Assembly (NCBI RefSeq): GCF_018350175.1
Contig: NC_058368.1
Span: forward strand, 6,758,001-6,822,000
DNA length: 64,000 bases
Direction: 5' to 3'
From: Felis catus
Taxonomy: Eukaryota
The translations under genes were made by a program, and so were the position numbers. Positions 24,140 through 37,336 of the stretch are shown here, in pieces; position 1 is the first letter of the stretch; every line of letters begins with the position of its first letter. Below the pieces are notes generated by a model. The model had not been told where the DNA came from. It was given only the letters and a program-made list of their open reading frames with translations, and ran no database searches.

Positions 24140-24970
24140 ACTGCACAAGCTTAAGCGAAGGCCTTTGCTTTCACAAATAGAAGACTCCCCTATGGGACAC
24201 CATCATACATCAGGCCCTGGCTGACGAGTAGGCCATTTCTCCTTCCTTTGTTCTGGAACTGCCTCTCCCTGGCTCATGCCCAGCTTAGCTACGTCTCTCA
24301 AACATAGGACAGTCAACTAATACGGAACAGAAGCTACCAGTGCTGACGGGGCCCCATACGGTCTGGGACCCCGGCACAGCTCTGTCTTGAAGAGACTAGA
24401 GTTGTGTTTGCAACCTTGACTCAGATCGGTCCCACCAGACCCCCCTAGATCTCCTTCGACCTTCCCATAGTGCCCGGGCTCCCGTGCACTGACCCAAACT
24501 CCCCCAGCTCTTGCTTCCCTCGGGCCTGCGTATTTATTGCGCCTCTGGAACTCTCCTTTCGTGGTAGAGTCCCCTGTATCCTGAATCTCACCAAAGAAAG
24601 CTTCATTTACTTGCTGGCCTTGACTTGTACGTGCGCTTCTAGCTTGCCATCCCTGTCTCCATGGCTGCTTTAAAAAAGGAACTCCTTTCCTCCACCCTTG
24701 CTTAGCAAAATGAAACCCTGCCACCATAAGGCTTGGGTGTGCCCCAGCTGCCCGTCCACCTGTGCTCTCCCCCAGGGAGCCTTCCTTCCGAGGCAGGCTA
24801 GCCGTGAACCAGTACCGCCAACCGCCAAGCCCCCTGTCCTTGCAAACCTGCCTGGCAAAACGTCCACTGTGGACAAGGTGGGCTCTCTGTGCCGTGTTCC
24901 CTCCCTCCCGCTCTCTCTTTCTCTCTGTGTTGCTGGTGGCAACCCTTCTCTGGGTCCCCAGTCACTTTTC
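24140..24970. mobile_element. Possible ERVL-class LTR (MER54/MER74-like)
   Basis: Weak recalled resemblance only (aacctgcctggcaaaacgtccactgtgg; cctttgttctggaact). Confidence 0.3.
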
Positions 24971-25169
24971 TAGTTCTCTCGGAACGTATTGCACATTCTC
25001 CTTACTCTTCCTGGGAGCCCTTTCCGACCACTCACCCCCGACTCCTTTTCTGCGCGCCCGAGTCCCAGCTGCCCCCTGCCTCTGCTCTGACAGCGGTGAG
25101 GCCCCTCCTGCCGCCCACCTCAATGCCCTCACTTGCCCTTTGGACCCCTCCCTGCCCGTGCTTCAAGGA

Positions 25170-25605
25170 CCGGGTCAACCGAACATTGGCCCCCAAAGAC
25201 AGCAAGTCCCGATCCCTGGAAATGGTAAATATGACCTCGCTGGAGAAAGGTCTTTGCAGACGTGACTACATTAAGGATGCTGAGATGAGATCACTCACGG
25301 TGGACCCTGAATGTCATCGTGTGTCCTCATAAGAGAAAGGCAGAGGGAGAGTTCACAGAGAGACGAGGAGGAAGCCTTGTGACTGGTGCAGCGACTTTGG
25401 AGACAGGCGACTCTAAGCCAAGGAACACCTGGAGTTTCCAGGGACTGGAAGAGGCAGAAACCAGATTCCCCTCTAGAGCCTTCAGAGGGAGCGTGGCCCC
25501 ACCGACACCTTGATTTCAGACCTCTACCTCCAGGACAGTGAGAGAGCACGTTTTGTTGCTTTAAGGCCCCTGGTTGGTGGCGATCTATTCCAGCGGCCGC
25601 AGATG
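25170..25605 (+). mobile_element. MaLR LTR (MLT1C-like)
   Basis: ggcccccaaaga...ggtctttgcagacgtga...aagccaaggaacacctgg...ctagagccttcagagggagcgtggccccaccgacaccttgatttcagac. Confidence 0.82.
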
Positions 25606-26569
25606 TTCTGGAGAAGGCCTCTAGATAGCTAGAGGGAGCGCTCAGGACCCTGGGACGTGGGAAGAAGGGTCGGCAGGACATGGGTCGCAGGAGGTGAGGA
25701 AGGAGGGAGGTTATGTCCATACCAAGAAAGTACCGTGTTCCAGTCGGGACTCAGCCCAGGAAGGCAAAGATGAGCCAGACCCAGGCGCTGCTGACCAGAA
25801 GCCCACAGCCTGGCACCCGACGCTCCCGGGGCACAGGAGCAGATGGGGAGGGATCAGAGGCGCCTAATGGGGCTCTCTCGGTACAAAGGCGTTTGGCAGG
25901 TGTTTGGGTTTCCCAGGACTGCCAGGAAAGTATCCCTCTGAGCGAACGAGAGGCTCTTCTCCCTAGCTTCGCAACAGAATGAACGAGATCAAAGGAGTGA
26001 TGGAAGAGACACTGTGTGGGGTATCGGGGAGATCGCAAGCCCCAGGTGAGTAACACTAGGGTCTGACACTCGGGTCTGCTGCTAGCCAACTGGGGGCAGA
26101 ATTCTCCGGGCTCAGATTTTCTTAGCCATGAAAAGATCCGGCTTGATTAGCCATCAGCCTACCGTACAAAAGGCCTGACCCTGAAGAGAGTCATCGAGCG
26201 GTAGCTTGAGTGTTACTGAGACTCACAAAAGTCCCCGGGCTCTGTCTCAGGACTGTCGGGTGTGGGGCGTGGACGCGCCAAGAATCCGTCAACTTCCAAC
26301 CTACAAGTGACCGATTTCAACGCCGCCTTGGCGTTATCCCCCCACAAAGACGGGCCGGACATGCTCAGCCACGAGGGTAAGAATTCAGGAGAAACCCTCC
26401 CCAAGAATGGTGGGGTCCTTTGGTGCCACAGGACTGTGGGCATTTTTGCTTTTGTCCCTAGAGCCCCCTTCAAAATTACAGAACTTCAGCTTTCTACAAG
26501 CTCCGTGGAGTTGGGTCAGTCTGAGTAACCCCGATATTCACCAGCCACTTTCAATACCAACAGTTAGCT

Positions 26570-26996
26570 GTAGGCAGCACCCTTAATGATGTGTAATAAA
26601 CGTTTTGGTGCGCACGAGCGTATCTTCACACGCTCTGCTTTGGAAGCCAATGGATGTTGGGGGCAGTGCTCCTACATCTCTTAAGAGAAGGAGCTTCTGC
26701 GGCCCGATCCAGGATTATACCGTGGGCTGACCGTGTTGGAGGCCAGCACTGACTCCTCTCCTCTGTCACGTCACACGCCACTTTGTGTCCCGGGTGAAGC
26801 GCACGACGTGTTGGGGGGAATCCAGCTCTGTGTCGCTGGGAAAAACACATAAGGAATGAGATGGAATGCTCTACGTAATTGGCCCATGAACCCTCCCAAC
26901 CTGTTTTGCTGCCCTTTTCTGTTTTATAAGCATCTGTCAAAACTCTCTCCTGCCGTCGCCACCCACGGCCCTTGGGCCTGGACAAGCCTTCCGACA
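26570..26996. mobile_element. Possible ERVL LTR (LTR41-like)
   Basis: tgtgtcccgggtgaagcgcacgacgtgttggggggaatccagctctgtgtcgctgggaaaaacac resembles recalled LTR41 sequence. Confidence 0.35.
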
Positions 26997-27434
26997 TTTA
27001 CACTGCCCTGTCTGGACAGGTGCCCGCAGACTGGTCTTGACACACCCAAAACGAAAGCCCAAACAGGTTCTTGTTGTTTTATGTCAGCCTGAGGACTTTA
27101 GATACTTCATCTAAAAGTTCAAGATAGAGAGTAAGGCCTAGGGCTAACTGTTAACCTGCCAAAGAGTTTCTAACTCTAGAAAAGAGGCACGCAGGCTTCT
27201 TATTCTCTTCTCCAAGGACGTCCCCCTCCCAATGCGACTGAGTGACAGGAAGGGGCCAGATGGAGAGAGAAAGCGACACAGCGCACACTGAAAGGGAATT
27301 TAAGGCCCCGCGTGGAGCTGAGATTTTGAAATCTTGTCTGTAGCGTCAGAGAGATGATACATGTGGGAAACAAATTCTGTTATTAGAGACAGAATGTTAT
27401 GGGGGCAAGGAGTAAAGAGCGCTCAATCCAACCC

Positions 27435-27894
27435 TTTGGTCAGGGTGCTCCGAAAAGAACGAACCTATAGGAGATTATGTATATTATAGCAGCAACAGGT
27501 AGATAGATATGTAGACAAGGAGAGGTAGAGATAGGTTGGTTATGAGGAATTGGCTCGCGGGATTACGGAGGTTGGAAAAAACCAAGACCTCCAGTCAGCA
27601 AGCTGGAGACCCGGGAGGGACAGTGTAATTCAAGTCCAAGTCTGAGTCCGAAGGCAGGAGACCCATGACCCAGCTCAAACAAATTCACCCTTTCTCAGCC
27701 TTTTTGTCACCTTAGACCTTCGGTGGATTAGATGAAGACCCCCCCCACTGGGGAGGGCAATCGGCTTTATCCGATGCACTGATTCACGTGTGCCTCCCGT
27801 GCTGAAACCGCATCACAGAAACGCCCAGAATAACGCTTAACCTAATGTCTGGGCATCCCGGGGCCCAGTCAAGTTGACAAAATTGACGGTCACC
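27435..27894 (-). mobile_element. MLT2B-like LTR
   Basis: gtcagggtgctccg...aacctatagga; gaggaattggctc; cagcaagctggagaccc; ggcccagtcaagttgaca. Confidence 0.8.
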
Positions 27895-28651
27895 GATGGG
27901 CAGGAAGGGTAGAGCCCATAAAGCCGATGGAGGGACAGCTAGAAGAACAGGAGGAGGTTAAGGACAGGTGATAGGGGGGAGCCAAAGGGAGGGAGACCTT
28001 CAGCAAGGAAGGAGCGGCCAAGAAGGATGGAATCTGCAAGAAGGCCGTGCGGCAAGGACAGAGATCGACGTGGGGTCGGGTGTAAGGTTACTGGTGGAGG
28101 GGGGACGGGGCAGAATGCAGTTTACGGCAGGTCACGGAGTAAAAGGAAAGGAAGCGGGCGCGGAGAACCCAGACAACTTCTTCTAGAAGTTTAGTGGTGG
28201 GAGGAGAAGAAAGGGGAGGTGGAGGGAAGTGGGTTTGGCTTCCAGTCCTTTTTCACGAGGGACTTGAACACATTTTCTCGTGACGGGAAGGACCCGTTCG
28301 GGAGGGAAAGGCTGAGACAGGGCCAGGAGGATGATCCCTCAGACAGGCAGGCCCTGCACAGGTCGAGCCCCCTCTTCCTTTGTCACCGGTCAGAAGGGGG
28401 AAGGACCGGGAGAAGCCGAGGGGAAGTCGCGGGCTTCGGTGGCGGGAGCCCAAGGGGACTCCTGTCTGACCCACTGTCATCACTCTCGTGTCCTGAGCGT
28501 CATGGAGGCTGTGGTCTCCACCACTGCCACTTCCAGCAGGGGGATATCGGTGAGCAACTTGCCCTCCCTCTGCCTGTTTCCCCATCTGAAATATGGGACG
28601 GTGACACCAACCTCAGAGGCTACCGTGAGAACTCACTGAAACCCTGCACTT

Positions 28652-28855
28652 GGGGCGCCGGGGCGGGGCTCAGCCGGCTAAGTGTCTGACTTCGGCTCAG
28701 GTCACGCATCTCACGGTGCGTGGGTTCGAGCCCCGCGTCGGGCTCTGGGCTGACAGCTGGGAGCCCGGAGTCCGCTTCGGATTCTGGGTCTCCCTCTCTC
28801 TCTGCCCCCCCCCCCCCGCTCACGCTCTGTCTCTCAAAAGTAAATAGATACACAT
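28652..28855 (+). mobile_element. Can-SINE
   Basis: Consensus match, GC-shifted. Confidence 0.9.
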
Positions 28856-29459
28856 TTTTAAAACTCCTGCGTTTAAGCGGGTTCAGTAAACGTTTGCTAC
28901 TGTTCTGCCATTGTTAGGACCAACACAACTATTAGGATGACTCTCTAGCTGTAAGGACCAAAGGTCAAGTCTATTGCCTTGGTCTCCCTGGCTTTTCCTC
29001 TTGTCGTTTTTCGAAACCAAAAACGCAGGTGGAATCTTTCCCTGGCGCCGTGCCCTCAGCCTAGAGGGTCAGGCAGCGCCCCCCTCCTCGTCCCCAGCCA
29101 CCGCACGCCTGGAGCACCTCGAGAAGGTAGGACACCTGGTGTGAAGGTGGGACACACGTGGTCTGCCTGATACTCAGGTGGGGGCTGAGACACGCCGGGT
29201 CAGCACCGTGCCAGCCCCGCAGGGAAGCCCAGATGCTGGAGCCAATCCTCGCCTCTGGTCTACCTGGGGGCCTCTCAGTTGAAGGGTTTAGGTCCCTGTC
29301 CACTTGTAACAGGCCGGGCCCCCCACCCCCCGCCCCGAGCCCCACTCACGTCCCGAATGCCATCCCATCCCGAGTCACCCAGAACAGAGGCCCAGCCAGC
29401 GATGGCTGACTCACTCCACTGTCATCAATGCCTCCCCGTTGGCAAATATCCTCTTCTAA

Positions 29460-29670
29460 AGTGTATTTATTTTTGACAGAGAGAGAGAAAGAGAGACAGA
29501 GCGCGAGCAGGGGAGGAGCAGAGAGAGAGAGGGAGGCACAGAATCCGAAGCGGGCTCCAGGCGCTGAGCTGTCGGCACAGAGCCGGATGCGGGGCTCGAA
29601 CTCACGGACCGCGAGATCACGACCCGAGCGGAAGTCCGACGCTTAACTGACTGAGCCACCCAGGCGCCCC
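29460..29670 (-). mobile_element. Can-SINE
   Basis: Consensus match. Confidence 0.9.
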
Positions 29671-30846
29671 GAGTTCTGAGAAACTCCATTCTAGAGAGAG
29701 TGACCAGATGCCTCAGTTTGCCCAGGACGCTCGTGGTTTACAGCTGTTGCTATGGTGCGCGTGCTAACAGAGCTCCTCGTCACCCTCGAAGGTGTCCCAG
29801 TGTCCCCAAAATCTGGCAACAACTTTACATAGTCACCTTCAGTCCGGGTGACGGCTCCCGCGCGTTCAGGCTTCGAGAGCCCCCGTGGCAACTGGCAGAG
29901 GCTTTACACCCGAATTGTCTGCTGGGGTGAAGCCTAAGGAAGAGCTTGTCGAGTTGAGGACAAAGGATCAGGGACAAGCACGCTCCTCACTTCGCGACAC
30001 CCTCAGGCTGGAAAACATCCAGCCAGTTTGGCAGGGCATTTCCCTGTCACCGGCCCCTCTCGGGTCTTAGGAGCCTAGAACTGTCCTGGAGCAAGGAAAC
30101 GTCCACATCAGAGTTTCCAACCCGTGAGGAGAGAGCGGGCCCGAAGGAACGGGAAGCCTTCGTCTGCTGTTCTCGGCTGCTAACTGGCCAAAGCCTTCCT
30201 GGTCGCCGAAGGACCACGGAGGGCCGCCCGGGCCTTTCGAGAATGGGAGGTTTTGCCCGCTGCCCATGAAGCAGCGACCAGGAGACTCAAGGAGAGGAGT
30301 CTGGATGGGCCCAGCATCTGCACACACTTGATAAGGATTTGTTGAGTGGGTAACTCAACACGAAGAAGGGAGTGACGAATTAACAAAGGTCTTGGGCTGG
30401 CAGGGAGTACAGCATCCTTGCACACGCGGGCCACGAGCCGCCTGGAGCGGGGGTGTGAGCACGTGGGGAGGCCCTGTGCGCACACAGTCGGGTTTCCCAG
30501 CTCCTGCCTCCTTCTAGTCCCCCCAAGGGAGTGAGCGGGGGCTCCCTCAGCTTCCCTGAGCCCAGAGGGGCCAGGCGTTCACTGGGGAGCAGTTTTATTC
30601 TTCTCTCTCCGGCCCTCTTTGGTTTCCTCGTAGCGACTTCACCTTGCCTGGGCCTCCCTTTCTCCCAAGATCCTGGAGGCGACAAGGTTAGAAGTACAAA
30701 ATAGGCTTGTACGCAGAAAGCATTAGCAGAGGTAATGAGGGTCATTTCCTCATGATAAAATAACATTTGGACAATTTCCCACTGGGGATTGTTGTTCAGT
30801 GCAGTTGGCAATGCACAGTGGGTGCTCTTAGAAGTGTTCCGGAATA

Positions 30847-31061
30847 GGGGCGCCTGGGCGGCTCCGTCGGTTAAGCGTCCGACTTCGGCTCAGGTCACAA
30901 TCTCACGGCCCGTGAGTTCGAGCCCCGCGTCGGGCTCTGTGCTGACCGCTCAGAGCCTGGAGCCTGTTTCAGATTCTGTGTCTCCCTCTCTCTCTGCCCC
31001 TCCCCTGTTCATGCTCTGTCTCTCTCTGCCTCAAAAATAAATAAACGTTGAAAAAAAAAAA
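30847..31061 (+). mobile_element. Can-SINE (SINEC_Fc)
   Basis: Perfect TSD gaagtgttccggaata. Confidence 0.94.
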
Positions 31062-32864
31062 GGAAGTGTTCCGGAATAAAAGTCCAAACCATTCTGACTA
31101 CGATCAGCTCACCCAGAGGATACAACGATTGTATCTCTATCTAATAACCTAGCTTCAAATGTATACGGCAAAAACACCCCAGCTGAACGCAGACGATAAA
31201 CAGATGTACAAACCCAGGGAGAGACATCGACATACTCCTCTCAGGAATTGACAAACAGACAAAAACAAGCCACGCCCCCTTTCTGGAAAACGGTAGGGCA
31301 TTATCCTTAAAATCACGGATACGCACACCCGGAACTTCCAAGTCTAGGGATGCACCGCCGAGGTCCCTGTGCACATGCCACCACCCACCCCCCCCCCCAA
31401 GGCCACAGTCAACGATATCCATTGCCAACGGCCCCGCACCACAGCCCGTTTCCCATCTACAGCCAAGCGAATAAGCGATCGAGGCATATTCATACGAGAG
31501 GACCACACACCTCAGTGAACATCAGGGCAGTGACCTAACAGCACAGATGAGTCTCAAAGAAACGTGTTGAGCAAAAGAGGCAAGACAAAAGAGGCCGGGT
31601 GGCATGGTTCTATTCCCATAGTGTTTAAAACCAGACAGAGCAAGGGTGTGTCGTGTAAGATACATACATAAGCAATCACACCATAAAGGAAAGCAAAGAG
31701 CCAGGACGGTCGTCACTCTGGGTGGGGTGGGGGTGGGAGGCTCCCCAGGTGGGGGGCCTGGGGTGCACCTTGCCCTCCACTTCTCGACTCAGCAGGGATT
31801 CCCCGGGGGGGTGGGGTTCCCTTTATGATTCTTTCTTAAACTCTTGTTACGCAAGTTTATGTGTGTCCCTGGTATTTACCACCACAAGCTCAGTGTTTCA
31901 AAACCGTAAGAAAGGCTGGGCCAAGTGCCCCCTGGGAGCTGTCCTGGCCAAGGAGAAGTTCCGCCCTTGACTTTCTCTGCTCCTTCCACTCACCTGCTCT
32001 TTCTCCCACCTTCGGGCACCTGAGTCCCCCCAGACCCCCGGGGTGGGGGGGGGCCTAGGGCACGGCAGGCTACAGGTCCTGTCGTGAAGGCTCCAGCTGT
32101 GGCTTCTCCCCCGGGGCGCAGGACCTTCCCGGGGTGCCTGTTGGAAAAGACTCGGGTGTGGGCTCGGAGGGCATGACCACTCAGCCTGGTCTGGGTCTGG
32201 GCCTGGGCCCCGGGCCGGCCTCCAGCCCAGGCACGAGGCCGACTCCCCCGAGCCAACACTGGCTTTAACTGGGGTCCACGTTAGGCGTTGCGGTCCAAAA
32301 AAAGCCTGTGTTCGCCTCCCTCCCTGTGTTGGGCACATCAAGGGGAGGATGGGCTGCGTCGGGGCAGAAGTCAAAGACTGCGGATCTTCAACCCCTTGAC
32401 CCCGTCTGTTCCCAAAGTCCGGCACCTAAGGGTGGAGGCGAAAATGGCGAAAAGGTAAGGCCAGGCCTTTGGGGCATAAAATCTCTGAACCAGTCTCCTT
32501 CCATCCCTCAGTCAGAAATATCTGATCCTCCAAAGTGACCTGATGCCCGGACGCTTCCAGTCCACACTGGGGTCCCAGCCAGGTCCCGAGGTTTCCAGAA
32601 ACCTCTTCTTCTCCAGTCCGATTGCTGACATCGATACATAAGGTAGATTCCCAGAAACAGACGTTTTTTTCTAAAGCTGACAAACCACAGAGAGTCCACA
32701 TAAAGCCTGAGAAATGTAAGCCTTGGGCCTACTTTTCCTCTGCCGTGGGAACCCTGCCGAGTAGCATTCCCCGGCCGTGACTGCCAAAAATGGGCAAGAT
32801 CACCCCCCTCGGGCACCGGGCCATCTCCCTGATGCTCTGAAGGCCCCACCACAGGCCTCCAGGA

Positions 32865-32866
<2 letters not shown>

Positions 32867-32930
<64 letters not shown>
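32867..32930. repeat. 64-nt poly(C) homopolymer
   Basis: Direct reading. Confidence 0.9.
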
Positions 32931-32933
<3 letters not shown>

Positions 32934-33479
32934 CAAATCTACTGCAAAGACCTACAAAAAGGAGGCTTTGGCCGGCTTCCTGGCGCCCCGCCCCCTGCCC
33001 CACCAGCCCCCTGCAGGGAGAAGGAACCCAGAGCAGAAGACAATAAGGAAATAGCTCCCAAGTCAGGAAAACTGCTTCTCGTGGTGAAGTAAATCAAGTT
33101 CTGCCCTGTTACCTTACGGCCATAAACAGTTATCTCTCTTCTAACTCACAGGAAGCCCCGCATCCCGAGGAGGGCGAGGTCCAGGCCACCTCCCGGCTCC
33201 TGCCTGCCGGCCTATTCCCTGCCCTTCTTCCCAGCACAGGCCCTCTCCTCTCCACGCCTCGTGCCTCCTGCCCTTTCCCTTCCAGCCACTCGAAAGGGCC
33301 CAGACTCCCAGCTCTACTTCCTGTGCTCCCATGAGTCTTTGCCCCTGGGCCTCGGGGGCTTCTCCCCAGGGGCCTCGCCAGGCCTCCGTGGCGTCCTCCG
33401 GGCCTTCCCCGGCTTTGCTTTCTGGGAGCGCCTCTCCACTGGGCCCCCTCAGACGTCTCTGGCTCTTCCCTGTCTGTCC

Positions 33480-34068
33480 CATTTGTGGCCTTTAGCTTCC
33501 ACTCTTGCCCCCTCATCAACTCTCTATACGGCCCCAGGGTGACCTTTGAAACATAGAAACTAGACCTTGCCCGTGTCCTGGTCAGAACCCCCCAGTGGCT
33601 TCCTCTCGTTTTCAGGTGAAGATCCAAAGTCTCTCCCAGGGTCCCCGTGCCCGGACCTCAACCCTTGGCTCTCGTCTTCCGACCCCCTCCTCCAGGCAGG
33701 CCGGCTTTCTTGCTGTTCCTTAAATACCAGCTCAGGCCCAACTCGGGGTCTAAGTTCCATTGGCCCTTCTGCCCCAGAAAGTGTCCCCTGGGTCTCCACA
33801 CGGCTCCCCGCTGCCCACGGAGTTCCGTCTCCGCTCTGGTTTCTTCACTGGCAAGGCCTGTCCGATGGCTGCCCGTCCACCACGAGTGCGCTTACCCTGC
33901 CATTCACACATGTGCACGGCCGTCTACATTATATGTTCACCGTGTCCCCTTCACCAGAGTGATCATCGGAGCACAGGGACTTTGGTAGCCTGATTCATTT
34001 CTGCATTCCTGGAACCTAGAATTCTGATGCACGGTAGGCACTCAATAAAGATACCTTAAATGGCGAAT
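33480..34068 (+). mobile_element. L2 LINE 3' end
   Basis: cccagtggcttcc...tccaaagtc...; ends cctagaa...cacggtaggcactcaataaagata, a typical L2 3' tail. Confidence 0.7.
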
Positions 34069-34177
34069 CCATGAAAAAAAAAATATATATATATATATAG
34101 GAATACTTTAAACGTTTTAACTGAAAACACATCTATCATTTATTTGCCGATGTTTTAAATATGTATATACACGTATT

Positions 34178-34270
34178 TTTTTAAGTAAACTCTATGCTCA
34201 ACGTGGGTCTCAAACTCAACCCCAAGATCAAAAATTCCCTGGTCTACCAACGGAGCCAGCCAGGCGCCCC
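34178..34270 (-). mobile_element. Short carnivore SINE
   Basis: aagtaaactctatgctcaacgtgggtctcaaactc...gagccagccaggcgcccc. Confidence 0.8.
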
Positions 34271-34417
34271 TGTTTGCCAATATTTTGACATAGGGCCAAA
34301 GCCTTTCCTTTGAGCATGGTGCCCTCACTGGGGATCCTTGCTGTCTCTTTCTTCTTTTTGCATAAATCATGCCTATACTGTGTTATCCACAATTTCAACT
34401 TCTTTAAGGTGGCATGA

Positions 34418-34638
34418 GGGGCACCTGGGTGGCTCAGTCGGCCGAGCGTCCGACTTCAGCTCAGGTCACGATCTCACGGTTCATGAGTTCAAGCCCCGCG
34501 TCGGGCTCTGCGCTGACCGCTCGGAGCCTGGAGCCTGCTTCGGATTCCGTGTCTGCCTCTCTCTCTGCCTCTCCCCTGCCTGCACTCTGTCTCTCTCTCT
34601 CTCTCTCTCTCAAAAATAACATTAAAAAAATAAATAAA
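34418..34638 (+). mobile_element. Can-SINE
   Basis: Consensus match. Confidence 0.92.
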
Positions 34639-36620
34639 ATGGCGCGAAATCTTAAAGACTCTTCAAAAGGACTTCCACTATAGAATTCTTCCATATTCTT
34701 CTCACTTTCTCCCCCAAAGCATTGCCCTTTTATTGAGTCTTTCCAAATCATTTAACTGAGTTCTCAAGGAGACAACTCTTCCTTTTGTACACTCTTCATC
34801 GTGATTTACGTAATATTAAGTTGGTTGACGGAGTAGGTAATTAAATTACTTGATCACTATAACATGTAGTGTGGACTTAAGCTGGTTTAGGAATAGACGC
34901 CACTCAACTCAAAGGGGTTGGGTGAGCTGGAGGGCCGCCATGTTCACTGGGCCGTGGGCACCTGCCAGGGAGTTTGCTCTGGTGAGTCGGCTCGGAGGAG
35001 GTCGGAAAAAGAAACCTGTTCTGCGGTATAAGAATCCTGGCACGAGCCCATGGCCACTCTGAGGGAAACCAGCGTGGACCCCACCCAAGAGAACGGGCGA
35101 AGCCAAATCAGGTCAGCTAACTGCAACACGGATCCGAGCGGAACCCCGGCAAGAAATCTCCTTCTGCCCCTCCCGGCCAGGGAAATACCCAGCACGCAAA
35201 GGAACTGAGGTTTAAGCCATGAGGAAAGTTGGACTTTGATAAATGTAATTATCCTGTATCACCGATTAATAAGCCCAACATAGTTCTCACTCTCTAGGAA
35301 GAATGACTAAACGGTGATTCTCAATCCCGAATAAATAAATTATCCCCTTCAGGGATAAGACTTCTGAGCCCAGAGTGACCCCGGCTTTTGAGTCTTGCTT
35401 TCCTCACTTGGTAACATTTTTATGCCAAACCCAGGCGTCTCAACCACCCTGTTGTTCTGCCCACTTGCCACGCATGTGCTGATGAGACCACTGATTGGCC
35501 TTGGCTGTGGACCCTGTCCCGGCCACACTCCCCATCCCATCATTCACGGAGACCCCCTGCCTACTGGCCCCACGGCTGGGGTCCCGCCCTGCAGGGTAAC
35601 TCTCACGCACACACTGTTCCCGGCGAGTGTCACCCTCCCCCTCGGACGCCCAGGCTTCGAAACCCCAGCGACTTCTCTCTGCTGAGCCCTGCTCTGTCAG
35701 GCCTCACCTCCGTCCCGGCAGGCCGGACCCCTGTGGCGTCGGTCCTGGGCTCTAAAAGCGATGTGACACGTTTACGACCCTGCGGGCCTTTTAGCTACAG
35801 CTTTCAAACCCTCCTTTGGAACGAGAAGGATGAAGGTCACAGCCAAAATCCTTTCCTCTGGGGCCCTCTCACGGACGTTGAGGACCCTCGCTGACATCAG
35901 ACCACGGCTGAGGTCACACCCTCCCCTCTCTGGTTGTGTTGGCAAGTCGGTTTCTTAGATGCAGAGGTGTTCTACCGCTTTAACTCACACTACGGGGCCC
36001 GCTTCTGAATGATCTGGCGTTGGCAACACGCGAGGGGTTCAGCGGCAAACCTTGGACGAGCCGCGACAACGCCACTCGCGGGTGAGAAGGCGCCGGGAAG
36101 AAAGATGGGGCTTCCAGCCTGCCTCAAGGGCGCAAGTGTTGGCTGGGCCATCCGACCAGATGCCAGGCAGCGTTTCGATTGTGTAACCACTTCTGCCCCG
36201 ACTCATTTCTCCATTATTTGGCTTCCTCCGGCGTTTGCTTAAGGGGGGGGACACGCCGTGTAGGCCTCACGGTCCCGTAAGGCAGGTGTTGCACTTGGTC
36301 CGCCTGGCAGGTTTATTTTTAATTATAAATTAACGGCTTCTGCATTTTCTTTACAGCGTGGGTCTGAGACCGACGACCTTGAAGGTCTGACAAGATGGTT
36401 TCTGAACTCGCGAGGCTGAAGGCCCGACCCCAGATAAACGCCTCTGCGAGGCTTCCCGACATGCGGTTGGCCAGCCCTAGCTGACGAGCGCGCAGGGCAC
36501 GGGTCCTCAGCCCGGGCACTGCGGTAGCTCCAAAACCCAGCCTCGGCGCAAATCAGTTAAAAGCAGAATCTTGGGAGGCGAGACTGGGACAGTGACTTTT
36601 CTTAGAAGCTCCCCAGAAGA

Positions 36621-36846
36621 GGGGCGCCTGGGTGGCTCAGTCGGTTAAGCGTCCGACTTCGGCTCGGGTCATGATCTCACGGCCCGTGAGTTCGAGCCCC
36701 GCGTCGGGCTCTGTGCTGACAGCTCAGAGCCTGGAGCCTGTTTCAGAATCTGTGTCTCCCTCTCTCTCTGCCCCTCCCCTGTTCATGCTCTGTCTCTCTC
36801 TGTCTCAAAAATAAATAAACGTTAAAAAAAAAAAATTAAAAAAAAA
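36621..36846 (+). mobile_element. Can-SINE (SINEC_Fc) inserted in a MER5-like element
   Basis: Perfect TSD agaagctccccagaaga; flanks read ...aagctcccca..gattctga...ccagggttgagaaccac. Confidence 0.94.
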
Positions 36847-37094
36847 AGAAGCTCCCCAGAAGATTCTGAGCTGCCAGGGTTGAGAACCACCGGCTTCGTG
36901 GATCTCTCGAAGAGAGAGCCCTCAGGTTCTGGAACGAATTTAAACAGTCCTTTGATCTGTATTCTACTAAGCACTTGTAATATCATCAGTTACCATACAC
37001 TGAGGGCCTAATATGTGCTGAATACAATGTACTTTCATATACAGTAAAACTGAAACCCAAAAGCAATTCTGTAAGGTAGATATTGTTAGCCCCA

Positions 37095-37167
37095 TTTTTT
37101 TTTTAAGAGGAAGAGTGAGAACAAGCATGTGGGGGTGGAGGGAGGGAGGGAGGGATGGAGGGAGGGA

Positions 37168-37215
<48 letters not shown>

Positions 37216-37336
37216 CCTAAGCAGACTCCACATTCAGTGCGGAGCCCGGCTCGAGCCTGGATCCCACAACCCTGGGATCATGACCTGAGCCAAAATCAAG
37301 AGTCAGAGGCTCAACCGACTGAGCCACCCACGTGCC
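37095..37336 (-). mobile_element. Can-SINE inside a MIR
   Basis: (GA)n tract and ctcaaccgactgagccaccca; MIR-like flanks (37000-37460). Confidence 0.85.

Noticed and set aside
32508..33046. Poly-Gly / poly-Pro ORFs
   Set aside because: Translations of the poly(C) run.
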